Counted from the first letter of the stretch, positions 40,365 through 50,156 are shown. The stretch: DNA of 64,000 bases from Clostridiales bacterium PH28_bin88 (GCA_000987045.1 LAKY01000054.1:14098-78097), one strand, 5' to 3'. The notes: generated by a model not told the origin, from the sequence alone. Numbers and translations: made by a program.

Positions 40365-41780
40365 ATGCGAAAGATCATGCTGATTGCTGTCATGGCGTTG
40401 GCTTTGACCTTCCTGCTTTCGGGATTGGCCTTTGCCACTGTCAGTATGAGCCCTGATGGCAAGACCTGTACACCCTGCCATACTGACGGGCGTACCGGTG
40501 GTGCTCCTGCCAAGTCTGAACCCGCAAAAACCGCACCAGCAACGAATGTAGAGCCCAAAGCCAGCGCTCCCCAAGTCGCTGCCCCCAAAACTGTTGCCGC
40601 TAAATTAACGGTTACCAATCTTAGTGAGAACACGACCGTTAACGGCTACAAGGCGGGCGAGCAGGTGCTGGCCCCCATCCGGGCGGTAGCCGAGTTCCTG
40701 GGCGGCAAGGTGACAGGTTGGGATAACACCAAGAAGGAAGCCACCGTTACTTATGGCGGTAAAGCAATTACTGTAAAGGCAGTCAAGGTGGCAAATGGCG
40801 CCAGCTATGCCGACGCAACGGAATTGGCCGCCGGCCTGGGTGTCAGTTTTGACGCCGCCAAGGCCACTATCAAGCGCGGTAAGAGCGCTGTTACCCGTCC
40901 CCAGTGGGAAGGCACCGTGCATAATTACGCTAACCTGACGATTGTTGATGACAGCCCGTCCAAGCGGGACAACTGCATTGCCTGTCACGACGGCAATGCC
41001 TTCGCCCTTCAAAAGACCAAGCGGGCAGAACTGCCTGACCCCGCCAAGGTTACCGGCATCGATTGCTCCGCTTGCCACAGCGAACGGGGCAAGGCGATCA
41101 TGAACTCCGGTACTACCCCCGTTTTGGCTAACGGTTACAAGGTGATGGATGCCGGTTACGGCGCCCTGTGCATGACATGCCACAATGGACGCAGAACAGT
41201 TCCGAATTCCCCGAAACCGGATGGTGACTCTGCTCCGCACCGCTCTATGCAGACCGACATGCTGTTTGGCTTTGCTGGGTATGAGTTCGGCCTTGCATTC
41301 CCCACTTCGCCCCATGCCGCCAACCCGGACACCTGCGTGAGCTGTCACATGGCTGAAAAGGACGGCGTCATGAGCCACGAGTTTAAAGTGGAAGACGCCG
41401 AGTCGTCCTGCGGCTCCTGCCACGCCGGCCTAGAAACCGTCAACCGTCCCGCCCTGGGCGACTACGACGGTGACAAGGTTATCGAAGGCATCCAGGACGA
41501 GGTGAAAGGCTTGATCGCCCTGCTGGAACATGCTCTTGAAGAAGCGGTTCCTAATGGCGAGATGCACGAAAGCCACGGCCAGGTTTACTTTGTTGACAAA
41601 GCAGATGAAAACAAAAAAGTAAACGTAGCTCCGGAGATTTACTGGGCTGCCTGGAACCTGATAGCTGTAGAGAACGACGGCAGCCACGGTATCCACAACC
41701 CGGCCTATACGGTTAAACTGCTGCAAGAATCCTATAAAGCGGTTACCGGTAAGCCGGTACCCAACGCCACCCTGCGTTAA
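40365..41780 (+). CDS. Secreted hexaheme c-type cytochrome with copper-amine-oxidase-like N-terminal (stalk) domain
   Basis: Signal peptide (AFA); six CxxCH (CTPCH, CIACH, CSACH, CMTCH, CVSCH, CGSCH); PIRAVAEFLGGKV motif; C-terminal DGSHGIHNP. Confidence 0.85.
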   Translation: MRKIMLIAVMALALTFLLSGLAFATVSMSPDGKTCTPCHTDGRTGGAPAKSEPAKTAPATNVEPKASAPQVAAPKTVAAKLTVTNLSENTTVNGYKAGEQVLAPIRAVAEFLGGKVTGWDNTKKEATVTYGGKAITVKAVKVANGASYADATELAAGLGVSFDAAKATIKRGKSAVTRPQWEGTVHNYANLTIVDDSPSKRDNCIACHDGNAFALQKTKRAELPDPAKVTGIDCSACHSERGKAIMNSGTTPVLANGYKVMDAGYGALCMTCHNGRRTVPNSPKPDGDSAPHRSMQTDMLFGFAGYEFGLAFPTSPHAANPDTCVSCHMAEKDGVMSHEFKVEDAESSCGSCHAGLETVNRPALGDYDGDKVIEGIQDEVKGLIALLEHALEEAVPNGEMHESHGQVYFVDKADENKKVNVAPEIYWAAWNLIAVENDGSHGIHNPAYTVKLLQESYKAVTGKPVPNATLR

Positions 41781-41984
41781 AGGTACACATTAAAACAAAC
41801 GGTAGGGAATAATCCCTGCCGTTTTTTGTTTTCCTGATTGCACGAGGTTTATCATACCGGTATACACCATCTTTCGGTAGCTGGAGCGAACATTTTAGCG
41901 ATGAACCTCTCCGGGGAAAAGTATGCGGTTATGGGCGATTGTCAATACTAGTGCACACAGCGGTAGTGTGCTTTTCTTTTTTGC

Positions 41985-42217
41985 ATCAATCAGAAAGTAT
42001 AACCTTTCTGATTGATATAAGTGCAACTACGGCTTCCGCACCTAGAAATTGGGTATTCCTTTGTGGCGGCATAAGTGCAACTATGACTTCTGCCTTCGCT
42101 AAAGCTCGGCACAAGTCAAGTTTTCTTTACCTGCGCCAAAGGCTTGCACTACAGGCATAAGTGCGACTATGCCCATAAATGGGCAAGTCTTCTATAGCGC
42201 AAGCCAAGTTTTCTTTA
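41985..42217. repeat. Cluster of modular palindromic repeats
   Basis: ATAAGTGC(A/G)ACTA at 42017, 42071, 42157; CAAGTTTTCTTTA at 42117, 42205; ATCAATCAGAAAG...CTTTCTGATTGAT hairpin. Confidence 0.8.
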
Positions 42218-42295
42218 TTTTTGTCCATACCGGATGGCTACTATTGGTAACTGTATACAAAAGAATCGGCGCACATATACTAGTAACAGAAAGAG

Positions 42296-43213
42296 GTGAA
42301 AACGGTGGCTCACCTACTGTCCATTGGGTCAAAAACGCACATTGATTTCATCCGGGACCGTCTGGCCAGGGACTTCAAATCCTTAAAGGTGGAAGGCATA
42401 GACGTCAACTGCCAGGAAGAGCAAAGGGGAGAGTTCGCCTTTATAGACTACCAGAGGACGAACCACGTGGATGATCATGCGCCTGCTAGCTGTGAATGCC
42501 TGATCAAATACCGTGTGGCCCAGACACTGTCTGATATGATTGTGAATCAATGGGAGGAACACTTATTAGACAGGATAATCAAGTGTAGTTATTACTATTT
42601 TACTCAAGACGAAAGGGCAGACATAGGAAAGAGGGCGCGGATCCTCCTAAATGGTTGCGAAAAGAGAAAAGAAAGCAAAACCTTCCAGATGGAGACGCGA
42701 CGGGCTAGCATCTTTAGGTTGCTGATGGAATACCTGGAGCAGGAAGACCATCTTAACCTGGAAGGCTTTATTAACTTTCGGCTTAAAGGATACTGGTCAC
42801 AGCTGGAAGCGGTGGTTGACCAGGCAGTAGATGAATATCTAATGGAAAAAGAACACACTGAGTTTGTTCGTTTACTGAGGTATTTCGTGGAAATACAAGC
42901 CCCCCGCGTGGAAAAAGTCCAAGTTGTATTGCGGCCATCGGGTTTTTTTCAGTTGTTTGACGGCGAAGAAAATGTTATTAATAACGATACCCTTGAGGGT
43001 TTTGTGGTGGATCTCGCGGAGAGCGAGATCAATTATGAAGACCTGCTGGTAAGCGCCTTGATCACTATTGCTCCCCGGCAAATTCTAATGCACCTTCCTG
43101 ACCCTAATAAGGTACGCAATACCATCAGCACTCTGCAAAGCGTCTTCGAGGAACGGCTGTCCATTTGTCCAGGATGTGCCCGGTGCCTTCACTCCAACCA
43201 GAAAAAGTTTTAA
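42296..43213 (+). CDS. ytxC: Putative sporulation protein YtxC
   Basis: LEGFINFRL, AVDEYLMEKE, FVRLLRYFV, LITIAP; located upstream of thrS. Confidence 0.88.
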   Translation: MKTVAHLLSIGSKTHIDFIRDRLARDFKSLKVEGIDVNCQEEQRGEFAFIDYQRTNHVDDHAPASCECLIKYRVAQTLSDMIVNQWEEHLLDRIIKCSYYYFTQDERADIGKRARILLNGCEKRKESKTFQMETRRASIFRLLMEYLEQEDHLNLEGFINFRLKGYWSQLEAVVDQAVDEYLMEKEHTEFVRLLRYFVEIQAPRVEKVQVVLRPSGFFQLFDGEENVINNDTLEGFVVDLAESEINYEDLLVSALITIAPRQILMHLPDPNKVRNTISTLQSVFEERLSICPGCARCLHSNQKKF

Positions 43214-43329
43214 TGTCGCCCCCTCAATCCTGAGGGGTTTTTTATTGGGTTTTACTGCCGCCTTGCATCCAAGGAGGATCTTCTGTTATAGTCTAACCAG
43301 ACTACTATCGATGAAACAGAGGGATTACT

Positions 43330-43929
43330 TTGTGGCCTATCTTATTGGGACCGGTAATCGGTGCCTTTATCGGATGGGTTACCAACTGGTTGGCCATCCA
43401 GATGATATTTCGACCGTACCGGCCTATCCGGATTCCTTTATTACACTATGAGATACAAGGCCTGATCCCCAGGCGGCAGGCGGAGATCGCGAGGACCGTG
43501 GGCGAGGTGATCGAAGCGGAACTCTTTTCCGTCACAGACATGGTAGAACGTCTGAGCTTACCCGAGACAAAGGATAAAGTAGCCCAAGTAATGGCAGCAT
43601 TGGCTAGGGAGCACCTCAGTGAGAGGTTACCGGGTTTTTTCCCGGCTGCGCTACGGGGGTTGATCGGACACGCGATGGAAGACATTCTACGCCGGGAGAC
43701 CCCGGCGGTGATAGCGCGGGTGAGCGGGGAACTAGTTCAAGAAATCGGATCACACATGGACATTTCCGCCATCGTGGAAGAAAAGATCCTCCGCTTGAAC
43801 TTAGAGGGTTTGGAGAAACTGGTACTGAGCGTAGCCGCCAGGGAGTTGAAACATATCGAAGTCCTCGGCGCGCTGTTGGGTTTTATCATAGGGTTGTTTC
43901 AGGTATCATTGTTTTACCTGATTCAATGA
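43330..43929 (+). CDS. DUF445 family membrane protein
   Basis: IGAFIGWVTNWLAIQMIFRP...QGLIP; ELKHIEVLGALLGFIIG. Confidence 0.85.
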   Translation: MWPILLGPVIGAFIGWVTNWLAIQMIFRPYRPIRIPLLHYEIQGLIPRRQAEIARTVGEVIEAELFSVTDMVERLSLPETKDKVAQVMAALAREHLSERLPGFFPAALRGLIGHAMEDILRRETPAVIARVSGELVQEIGSHMDISAIVEEKILRLNLEGLEKLVLSVAARELKHIEVLGALLGFIIGLFQVSLFYLIQ

Positions 43930-43935
43930 AAGTAT

Positions 43936-43964
43936 TTGACAAGGCATGGGGCTAAGCATATAAT
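43936..43964 (+). promoter_or_regulatory. SigA promoter of thrS
   Basis: TTGACA-17-TATAAT. Confidence 0.85.
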
Positions 43965-43998
43965 AGTTTTTAATTCAGGGTCTACTATATGGGCAAAA

Positions 43999-44378
43999 TG
44001 GCGGTGACAGGGAAAGTACGCCTTAAACAGCCTCCAGAGAGAGAGCACCAAAAAGTGTTGTTACAGGAAGCAAGAGAAATGAAGTAGGAGGCAGGAACTG
44101 CAGGAAGGAATTGGCGGGCCAATTCCAACAAAAAATCTTGCATCTTGCATCTTGCTTCTTGCCTCCAGTTTCTTGTGAATCACAGCGCTTTTAGGCTGGA
44201 AGTGCTCTTAGAACATATTAAGGCGGAAGACCACCCTGGAGCAGTGAGGTTGAAGCTAACTAGACCTCAACGCATGCCCCCGTTAACGGGCACTAAAAGA
44301 GGGCACTCGAAACGTGCCCATTAGGGTGGAACCACGGGAACTACTCTCGTCCCTACGCGGGATGAGAGTTTTTTGTTT
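43999..44378 (+). ncRNA. T-box riboswitch (Thr) with about 140-nt insertion in Stem I
   Basis: AGTA and AGAGA bulge, GGCTGGAA distal loop, specifier ACC (44230), T-box AGGGTGGAACCACG (44323), terminator CTCTCGTCCC...GGGATGAGAGTTTTT. Confidence 0.9.
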
Positions 44379-44456
44379 GGTATCGTGAGTAAGTAGTGTT
44401 ATTTACTACAGCAAGGTGAAGTTTATTGCAGCCCTTTAGAAAAGGAGGAGGTTCTG

Positions 44457-46367
44457 TTGGATGTTGTCAAAGTCAAACTGCAGGATGGTTCTGTGAGGGA
44501 GTATCCGCGCGGGATTACGGCGGGCGAACTGGCTGATTTATTGAGTAAGCGCCTGGCCAAGGAGGCACTGGTGGCTAAAATGGGAGGTACGGTAGTGGAT
44601 CTCAACACTCCGGTGACGGAAGATATATCGTTGGAGATCCTTACTTTTGACGTTCCCGAGGGCCAACTAGCGCTCCGGCACAGTACCTCGCATGTCTTGG
44701 CTCAGGCAGTTCAGCACCTGTTTCCGGGCACCAAGCTTGGTATTGGACCCGCTATCGCGGATGGCTTCTATTACGATTTCGATTCCCCTCACACCTTTAC
44801 GCCGTCGGACCTGGAGGCAATTGAGGAAGAAATGCGTCGCATCGTCATAGCAGATTACCCCTTCGAGCGGCGGGAAGTAAGCCGTGAAGAGGCTATTGCC
44901 TTCTTTCAGGAACGGGGGGAGGAGTATAAAGTCGAGTTGGTGCGGGACCTGCCTGAAGATGCCCGGATCAGTATGTACCAGCAAGGGGACTTTGTGGACC
45001 TGTGTGCCGGCCCACACGTCCCGTCCACTGGTCGTATCAAGGCACTCAAGCTTTTAAACCTGGCTGGGGCCTATTGGCGGGGCAGTGAGGATAACAAGAT
45101 GCTGCAGCGTATCTACGGCACCAGCTTTGTAAAGCAATCCCAACTTGACGAGTATGTATACCGCATTGAAGAGGCTAAGAAGCGTGACCACCGGAAACTG
45201 GGTGTCCAGTTAGAATTGTACAGCCTACAGGATGAGGGCCCTGGATTCCCATTCTTTCATCCAAAAGGAATGATCCTTAGAAACGAATTGGAAAACTTCT
45301 GGCGGGAGGAGCACAGGAAACGCGGTTATCTGGAAATCAAGACCCCCATCATTCTTAGCAGGTCACTTTGGGAGCGGTCGGGACACTGGGACCACTACAA
45401 GGAGAACATGTACTTTACCCGGATCGACGAAATGGACTTCGCCATCAAACCCATGAACTGCCCGGGAGCCATGCTGGTTTATCGTACCCAGCAGCACAGC
45501 TACCGTGATTTCCCCCTCCGGATGGGGGAACTGGGGCTGGTGCACCGGCATGAGAAATCAGGGGTGCTGCATGGGCTCATGCGGGTACGGGCTTTTACTC
45601 AGGACGACGCCCATATCTTCATGCTTTCTTCCCAGATCACCCAGGAAATTAAGGGAGTTATCGACCTGGTGGATGATTTTTACAAGATTTTTGGGTTCGA
45701 TTATCACGTTGAGCTGTCCACTAAGCCCGAAAAGGCCATGGGGTCCGACGAGATCTGGGAAGAGGCGACCGGCGCCTTACGGAAAGCCTTGGATGAAAAA
45801 GGTATGGACTATCGTGTTAACGAGGGGGACGGTGCCTTCTACGGGCCGAAGATCGATTTCCACCTGCGGGACTCTCTGGGGCGCACCTGGCAGTGCGGTA
45901 CCATTCAGTTGGACTTCCAGATGCCCGAAAAGTTTGACCTTACCTATATAGGGATGGACGGCGAAAAACACCGGCCGGTGATGATCCACCGGGTAGTATT
46001 TGGCAGCATCGAGCGCTTCATCGGCATTCTCACCGAGCATTACGCCGGGGCTTTCCCGACATGGTTAGCTCCGGTACAGGCAAAGGTTTTGCCCGTTACC
46101 GATCGTTCCAACGATTACGCCTTTAAGGTTAAGGGAATACTGGAAGCGGCGGGGATCCGTGCCGAAGTGGATGCACGGAATGAAAAAATCGGGTATAAAA
46201 TCAGGGAAGGGCAAATGGAAAGGGTTCCCTATATGCTGGTAGTGGGGGATAAGGAAGCTGCAGGGGGAACGGTGGCAGTTCGTAAGCGTGGCCAGGGGGA
46301 ACAAGGGATAGTAACGGTAGCAGAATTTGTCACCGGTATACTCGGCGAGATCGGGCAAAGGGTATAG
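44457..46367 (+). CDS. thrS: Threonine--tRNA ligase
   Basis: TGS domain, RHSTSH, DLCAGPH, RDHRKLG, KPMNCP, FYGPKID. Confidence 0.97.
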   Translation: MDVVKVKLQDGSVREYPRGITAGELADLLSKRLAKEALVAKMGGTVVDLNTPVTEDISLEILTFDVPEGQLALRHSTSHVLAQAVQHLFPGTKLGIGPAIADGFYYDFDSPHTFTPSDLEAIEEEMRRIVIADYPFERREVSREEAIAFFQERGEEYKVELVRDLPEDARISMYQQGDFVDLCAGPHVPSTGRIKALKLLNLAGAYWRGSEDNKMLQRIYGTSFVKQSQLDEYVYRIEEAKKRDHRKLGVQLELYSLQDEGPGFPFFHPKGMILRNELENFWREEHRKRGYLEIKTPIILSRSLWERSGHWDHYKENMYFTRIDEMDFAIKPMNCPGAMLVYRTQQHSYRDFPLRMGELGLVHRHEKSGVLHGLMRVRAFTQDDAHIFMLSSQITQEIKGVIDLVDDFYKIFGFDYHVELSTKPEKAMGSDEIWEEATGALRKALDEKGMDYRVNEGDGAFYGPKIDFHLRDSLGRTWQCGTIQLDFQMPEKFDLTYIGMDGEKHRPVMIHRVVFGSIERFIGILTEHYAGAFPTWLAPVQAKVLPVTDRSNDYAFKVKGILEAAGIRAEVDARNEKIGYKIREGQMERVPYMLVVGDKEAAGGTVAVRKRGQGEQGIVTVAEFVTGILGEIGQRV

Positions 46368-46490
46368 CGCCTGACCCCGCCTCGCCTGACAGTCCGCTTA
46401 TGCTACAACGTGGTTTGGGCAAAATCCTGTTGACTAGGCTCTTACTTTGTGGTATTCTATTTGAGACAACTTAAGAGCCCTTACATTTTT

Positions 46491-46765
46491 AAGTAGAAGC
46501 CATCCGCTTCTCACCTTATAGCGCTCCAGAAAAGTGCTGTCAGAAACGAGCATGGCTATTTCGGTAGTCGGACGTCAGGAGTCGGACATCGGGTAGAATT
46601 AAGACAAAGAAACTCTCACCCGCTACCTGCCCCTCGACGACTGACGACTGAATGGCCAGGCGAAGTTTATCACAGCACTTCTAGGTTGCTGATAAGGTTA
46701 ACTTGGATCAGTAGGCTATGCATTTTGCCGACCAGGAGCGGGTGACTTTTTACCCGCTCTTATTA
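46491..46765 (+). ncRNA. Ribosomal protein L20 leader with about 155-nt insertion
   Basis: AAGTAGAAGCCATCCGCTTCTCACC start; terminator GAGCGGGTGA...TACCCGCTCTT; upstream of infC-rpmI-rplT. Confidence 0.82.
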
Positions 46766-46806
46766 TTTAATTACAAATTAAAAAAGTTGGTTGGAGGTGA
46801 CAGGAT

Positions 46807-47352
46807 ATTAGCAAAGACGGATTAAGGATCAACGAGGAAATCCGAGCCCGGGAAGTCCGCCTGGTCAGTGCCGATGGCGAACAACTGGGGATCATGTCGG
46901 CGCGGGAGGCCTTACGGGTTGCTCAGGAACAGAACCTGGATCTGGTGGAAGTGGCGCCCACGGCCCGTCCGCCTGTTTGCCGGATCATGGACTACGGCAA
47001 ACACCGCTTCGAACAAGGTAAACGTGAGCGGGAGGCCCGTAAAAGGCAGAAGGTCATCAATGTTAAAGAGGTTAAATTGCGCCTTAACATTGAGGAGCAT
47101 GACTTCCAGGTAAAGGCGAGAAACGCCCAGCGTTTCTTAAAGGACGGGGACAAGGTAAAGGTGACCATTATGTTCCGCGGCCGGGAAATCACTCACGCCG
47201 ACCTGGGCCGGAATCTATGTGTAAAACTTGCCAACCAACTTGCCGAAGTGGGTAATGTGGAAAGACCCCCAAAAGTGGAAGGCCGTAATATGATTATGAT
47301 TTTAACGCCGAAACCTGAAGCCAAGCAAGAGCCAAAGCGAGAGGAGGAGTAG
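46807..47352 (+). CDS. infC: Translation initiation factor IF-3 (ATT start)
   Basis: RBS GGAGGTG then ATT-AGC-AAA; [29 protein letters not shown]. Confidence 0.95.
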   Translation: MSKDGLRINEEIRAREVRLVSADGEQLGIMSAREALRVAQEQNLDLVEVAPTARPPVCRIMDYGKHRFEQGKREREARKRQKVINVKEVKLRLNIEEHDFQVKARNAQRFLKDGDKVKVTIMFRGREITHADLGRNLCVKLANQLAEVGNVERPPKVEGRNMIMILTPKPEAKQEPKREEE

Positions 47353-47354
47353 TC

Positions 47355-47552
47355 GTGCCTAAAATGAAGACCCACCGGGGTGCAGCTAAGAGGTTTACGG
47401 TAACCGGTTCTGGAAAAATCAAAAGGGCCAAGGCTTTTAAGAGTCACATCCTGGAAAAAAAGACAGCCAAACGTAAGCGTGGCCTGCGGCAGGCCGATCT
47501 GGTCAGTGATGCGGACTTCAAAAGAATCACGCGATTAATTCCCTATGCGTAA
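47355..47552 (+). CDS. rpmI: 50S ribosomal protein L35
   Basis: [14 protein letters not shown]. Confidence 0.97.
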   Translation: MPKMKTHRGAAKRFTVTGSGKIKRAKAFKSHILEKKTAKRKRGLRQADLVSDADFKRITRLIPYA

Positions 47553-47585
47553 ATGAAACAGTGGTAACGAAAGGAGGAGCACATC

Positions 47586-47945
47586 ATGGCTCGCGTCAAA
47601 GGTGGAACAGTTACGCGTAGACGCCATAAAAAGATACTTAAACTGGCCAAAGGCTACCGGGGAGCCAAGTCCAAACTCTTTCGCCCCGCCAACGAGCAGG
47701 TTTTGAAGTCTTTGGCTTACGCTTATGCTCACCGGAGGAAACGTAAGGGAGACTTCCGTAAGCTTTGGATTGCCCGCATAAACGCTGCCGCTCGGATGAA
47801 TGGGATGTCTTACAGCAGGTTTATTAACGGCCTGAAGCAGGCGGGGGTAAACATCAACCGAAAAATGCTAGCCGAACTGGCTATCAACGATATGCAGGCC
47901 TTCGGTAAACTGGTGGATGTAGCCAGGGGAAGGATGGAAGGCTGA
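47586..47945 (+). CDS. rplT: 50S ribosomal protein L20
   Basis: MARVK...LAKGYRG...[12 protein letters not shown]. Confidence 0.97.
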   Translation: MARVKGGTVTRRRHKKILKLAKGYRGAKSKLFRPANEQVLKSLAYAYAHRRKRKGDFRKLWIARINAAARMNGMSYSRFINGLKQAGVNINRKMLAELAINDMQAFGKLVDVARGRMEG

Positions 47946-48094
47946 AAACTGGTTAGTCGGAAACCGCCTTGGTCTTGGCCGAAAAGCCCGGGATTAGGCG
48001 GTTATTTTTATGCTAGCAAGCCCTAAAAAATTATTGTGAAGCAGGCAACAGGGAGGGCATAATAACTACCTGGAAAGGGGGCTTAACCGCGCGA

Positions 48095-48745
48095 ATGAAG
48101 GAATTTGCGGTGATCGGTCTTGGCCGGTTTGGTTCCAGCCTGGCACGGACCCTCTGGAAAATGGGTCACTCGGTGCTGGCCATTGATGCGTCCGAGGAGC
48201 GGGTGCAGGCTATGATGGATACTGTTACCAGAGCGGTTCAACTGGATGCTATGGACGAAGAATCTTTGAAGGCCCTGGGAATCCGTAACTTTGACGTGGT
48301 AGTTGTAGGTATTGGGCAGGATGTTCAGGCCAACATCCTGGTAGCCATTACCCTTAAAGAACTCGGGGTTAAGTATGTGGTAGCGAAAGCCGCCAATCAC
48401 CTGCACGGCAAGGTGCTGGAGAAAATCGGAGTGGACAAGGTGGTCTACCCGGAAAGGGACATGGGTATTCGCCTGGCCCACAACCTGGTTTCCGGTAATG
48501 TCTTGGACTACATAGAACTGTCGCCGGAGTACAGCATAGTCGAAATTGTCGCGACAGGCAGGATTGCCGGAAAAACACTGGGCCAGTTGGACTTGCGTGC
48601 CCGCCATAATATCACTGTGATCGCCATAAAAAAACCCGCCGGGCAAATAGTCGCGAGCCCTGGTGCTTTGGATATCATCGAAGAGGGAGACGTAGTAGTG
48701 GCTATTGGCGCCAATAAGGCGCTAGAGCGGTTGGAGGAAAAATGA
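48095..48745 (+). CDS. ktrA: Ktr/Trk potassium uptake RCK subunit
   Basis: VIGLGRFG, PERDMG, C-terminal TrkA_C. Confidence 0.88.
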   Translation: MKEFAVIGLGRFGSSLARTLWKMGHSVLAIDASEERVQAMMDTVTRAVQLDAMDEESLKALGIRNFDVVVVGIGQDVQANILVAITLKELGVKYVVAKAANHLHGKVLEKIGVDKVVYPERDMGIRLAHNLVSGNVLDYIELSPEYSIVEIVATGRIAGKTLGQLDLRARHNITVIAIKKPAGQIVASPGALDIIEEGDVVVAIGANKALERLEEK

Positions 48746-49560
48746 GCAAAGTCGAAGATGAGAAGATCACCTCTGCTGCCAACCGTTTGATAAAACTGTC
48801 CCGCAGTCTACACCGGAGACAGAAAAGGGATGAGACAGGACTCTACCTCGTAGAAGGAATCAGGCCGTTGGAGGAGGCACTAGATGCAGGTGTGACGCTG
48901 AAATTTATTCTTTATGTTCCTCAGGTTACAGGAAAAGTTCGGGGTAGAGACCTGTTGGCAAAGGCCAAAAATGCAGGCATCCCATGCTACCAGGTAACGG
49001 AAAACCTCTTAGTGCAATTGTCTTTCACCGAGACCCCGCAGGGTGTGATCGCTGTTGTCCAAAAGCAGCGGTATGACTTTTCTTTACTGCTCACACGGCC
49101 CGACTCTTTCCTGTTGTTGGTGGATGGGGTGCAGGATCCGGGGAACATGGGTACAATGGTGCGCACCGCAGCGGCCGCCGGGGTTCACGGGGTTATCCTC
49201 ACCAGGGGAGCGGTTGACCTCTACAACGATAAGACGCTGCGGGCTACCATGGGCGCCGTCTTTCAGGTGCCGGTTGTGGAAGACGTCCCAACCGAGGAGG
49301 CGGTTGAATGCCTGCGCGATGCAGGCATCAGGCTGGTAGCCGGCGATGTAAGCGGCAAACTTACCTACTTCGAAGGTTCTTTTACCGGCAGGGTCGCCAT
49401 TGCGGTTGGCAACGAAGGTGCGGGTGTCTCGCGCACCGTCTTAGCAGCGGCGGCTGAGATAGTAAAGATTCCCTTATTAGGTCCCGCCGAATCTCTCAAC
49501 GTCGCTGTAGCTACGGGAATCCTTTTGTATGAAGCAGTTCGGCAGCGATCTTCCCGGTAG
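48742..49560 (+). CDS. TrmH/SpoU family RNA methyltransferase
   Basis: TPQG, QDPGNMGT, GNEGAG, ESLNVAVA. Confidence 0.92.
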   Translation: MSKVEDEKITSAANRLIKLSRSLHRRQKRDETGLYLVEGIRPLEEALDAGVTLKFILYVPQVTGKVRGRDLLAKAKNAGIPCYQVTENLLVQLSFTETPQGVIAVVQKQRYDFSLLLTRPDSFLLLVDGVQDPGNMGTMVRTAAAAGVHGVILTRGAVDLYNDKTLRATMGAVFQVPVVEDVPTEEAVECLRDAGIRLVAGDVSGKLTYFEGSFTGRVAIAVGNEGAGVSRTVLAAAAEIVKIPLLGPAESLNVAVATGILLYEAVRQRSSR

Positions 49561-49642
49561 GGCACTTGCTTGCCAAGGGTAGGGCGTTGTGCTATAATCG
49601 TTTTGAGAAAAAGTTCCCCAAAAAACATCAGGAAAGGTTGTG

Positions 49643-49741
49643 GTGCAAGTGTTCCTACCTGCCGAGATTTTTTGGAGGATTTTCGAAAAGACGGGTTCGA
49701 TCACTGCCTACATCATGTACCGGAGGCTGATCCTGCAATAA
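49643..49741 (+). CDS. YqzL-like small protein (below ORF track cutoff)
   Basis: RBS GGAAAGG; MQVFLPAEIFWRIFEKTGSITAYIMYRRLILQ matches the W-x-x-F-x-x-T-G-x-I-x-x-Y pattern. Confidence 0.7.
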   Translation: MQVFLPAEIFWRIFEKTGSITAYIMYRRLILQ

Positions 49742-49834
49742 TAATTGCAACGTGTCTTAGAACCTGTGGAGCAAAACAAAGGGGGAATAATTCGCTTTTG
49801 GCGATTGAAACTGAATAGATCCCGAAAGGGTTAA

Positions 49835-50156
49835 ATGCATTGATTGGGGAAAGTACCCTGTAGTACGCTTCCAGGGAGACCGTGCCGTGACTGAAAGCCG
49901 GTTAAGCGAAAAGCAGGTGAAGTTCCCCCAGGAGCAGCAGGCTGAAGTTAGTGGTTAGTGTATCAGGGAACCTTTGATCACTGCCCGCTAATCAGTAATG
50001 AGTAGGCTGAGCCGGTTTCTTCCACCGTTAGCGGGAAGGCAGTATCAGGTTTTTCGTACCTCGTACTGATCAAGTGAATCTAAAGTTATTTAGATTAATG
50101 TGGGTGGTACCGCGGAAGTAAGCTTTCGTCCCTAGGAGATGAAGGCTTTTTTGTTT
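49835..50156 (+). ncRNA. T-box riboswitch (Phe)
   Basis: Specifier TTC (49923), GACTGAAA distal loop, T-box GGGTGGTACCGCG (50102), terminator with T-run. Confidence 0.9.

Noticed and set aside
40365-41780. Calling the cytochrome NrfA
   Set aside because: No CxxCK catalytic heme motif and no nrfH neighbour.
42185-42200. AAGTCTTCTATAGCGC as an att repeat of the tRNA-Val 3' end
   Set aside because: Short and gapped, and it is explained as part of the modular repeat; no integrase.
41985-42217. Possible CRISPR array
   Set aside because: Repeats are only about 13 bp, spacing is irregular, the intervening sequences are related modules, and no cas genes are in the window.
46807-46809. ATT start codon of infC
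   Set aside because: Real but a well-known autoregulatory feature; not novel.
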